From NCBI GenBank assembly GCA_963735115.1, contig CAVTJR010000003.1, positions 1,032,641 to 1,096,640 on the forward strand: a stretch of DNA of 64,000 bases, in the 5' to 3' direction. Below, one piece after another: positions 63,922 through 64,000 of this stretch. The notes beneath the pieces were generated by a model, which was not told where the DNA came from, searched no databases, and saw only the letters and a program-made list of their open reading frames with translations. Origin of the DNA: an uncultured Actinomycetota bacterium (GTDB lineage: Bacteria > Actinomycetota > Acidimicrobiia > Acidimicrobiales > Bog-793). The position numbers were made by a program, and so were the translations under genes. The first letter of the stretch is position 1. The number at the start of each line of letters is the position of its first letter.

Positions 63922-64000
63922 GGGCGCACAGTAGTTGTCACCCGGTCGTCGCCCAGCACTTATGATCACTCTCGATGCAACCCGAGCGTCTCGATCCGAT

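Overview
This is a high-GC, actinobacterial-type chromosome segment. Spot counts of 60-nt lines give about 63-75% G+C for most of the window. It falls into four blocks.

(1) 1-2264: the end of a redox cluster (ferric-reductase-like membrane protein, NuoF-like flavoprotein, small ferredoxin), followed by tRNA-Pro(GGG).

(2) 2220-26072: two integrative islands stacked in tandem in that tRNA. They are delimited by three direct copies of the 44-46 nt tRNA 3' half, at 2220, 16374 and 26029.
- Island 1 (about 14 kb) carries an integrase, an excisionase-like HTH protein and a 1186-aa MobF/TrwC relaxase-helicase, but no coupling protein or mating-pore genes. It also holds decayed IS630, IS21 and IS256 copies, an RHS-core remnant, and a visibly AT-richer three-gene secreted-protein operon.
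- Island 2 (about 9.6 kb) carries a frameshifted integrase, mostly lipoproteins, secreted and membrane proteins, and a small-ORF plus nucleotidyltransferase pair.

(3) 26141-38380: housekeeping-type genes (two MDR quinone oxidoreductases, UspA, amidase, DUF1330). This block also has a subtilisin-like S8 protease ending in a (AAWNG)x12 pentapeptide array, with a membrane PAS-GGDEF-EAL protein immediately downstream.

(4) 38815-63921: a Wzx/Wzy-type polysaccharide locus built as two convergent arms.
- Plus arm: AlgD/Ugd-like dehydrogenase, GT4, AsnB-like amidotransferase, bi-domain oxidoreductase, heparinase II/III-like protein.
- Minus arm: flippase, three Wzz/BY-kinase-like paralogs lacking a Walker A motif, O-antigen-polymerase-like protein, GT4, methyltransferase.
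- The locus is book-ended by two secreted right-handed beta-helix paralogs in inverted orientation and is followed by a fused double alpha/beta-hydrolase.

Three otherwise intact genes (integrase 2, the heparinase-like gene, the Wzy-like gene) each carry one single-nucleotide frameshift. This could be decay, phase variation or assembly error. I saw no CRISPR array, rRNA or recognisable defence system. All functional calls come from motif recognition by eye; no searches were run.
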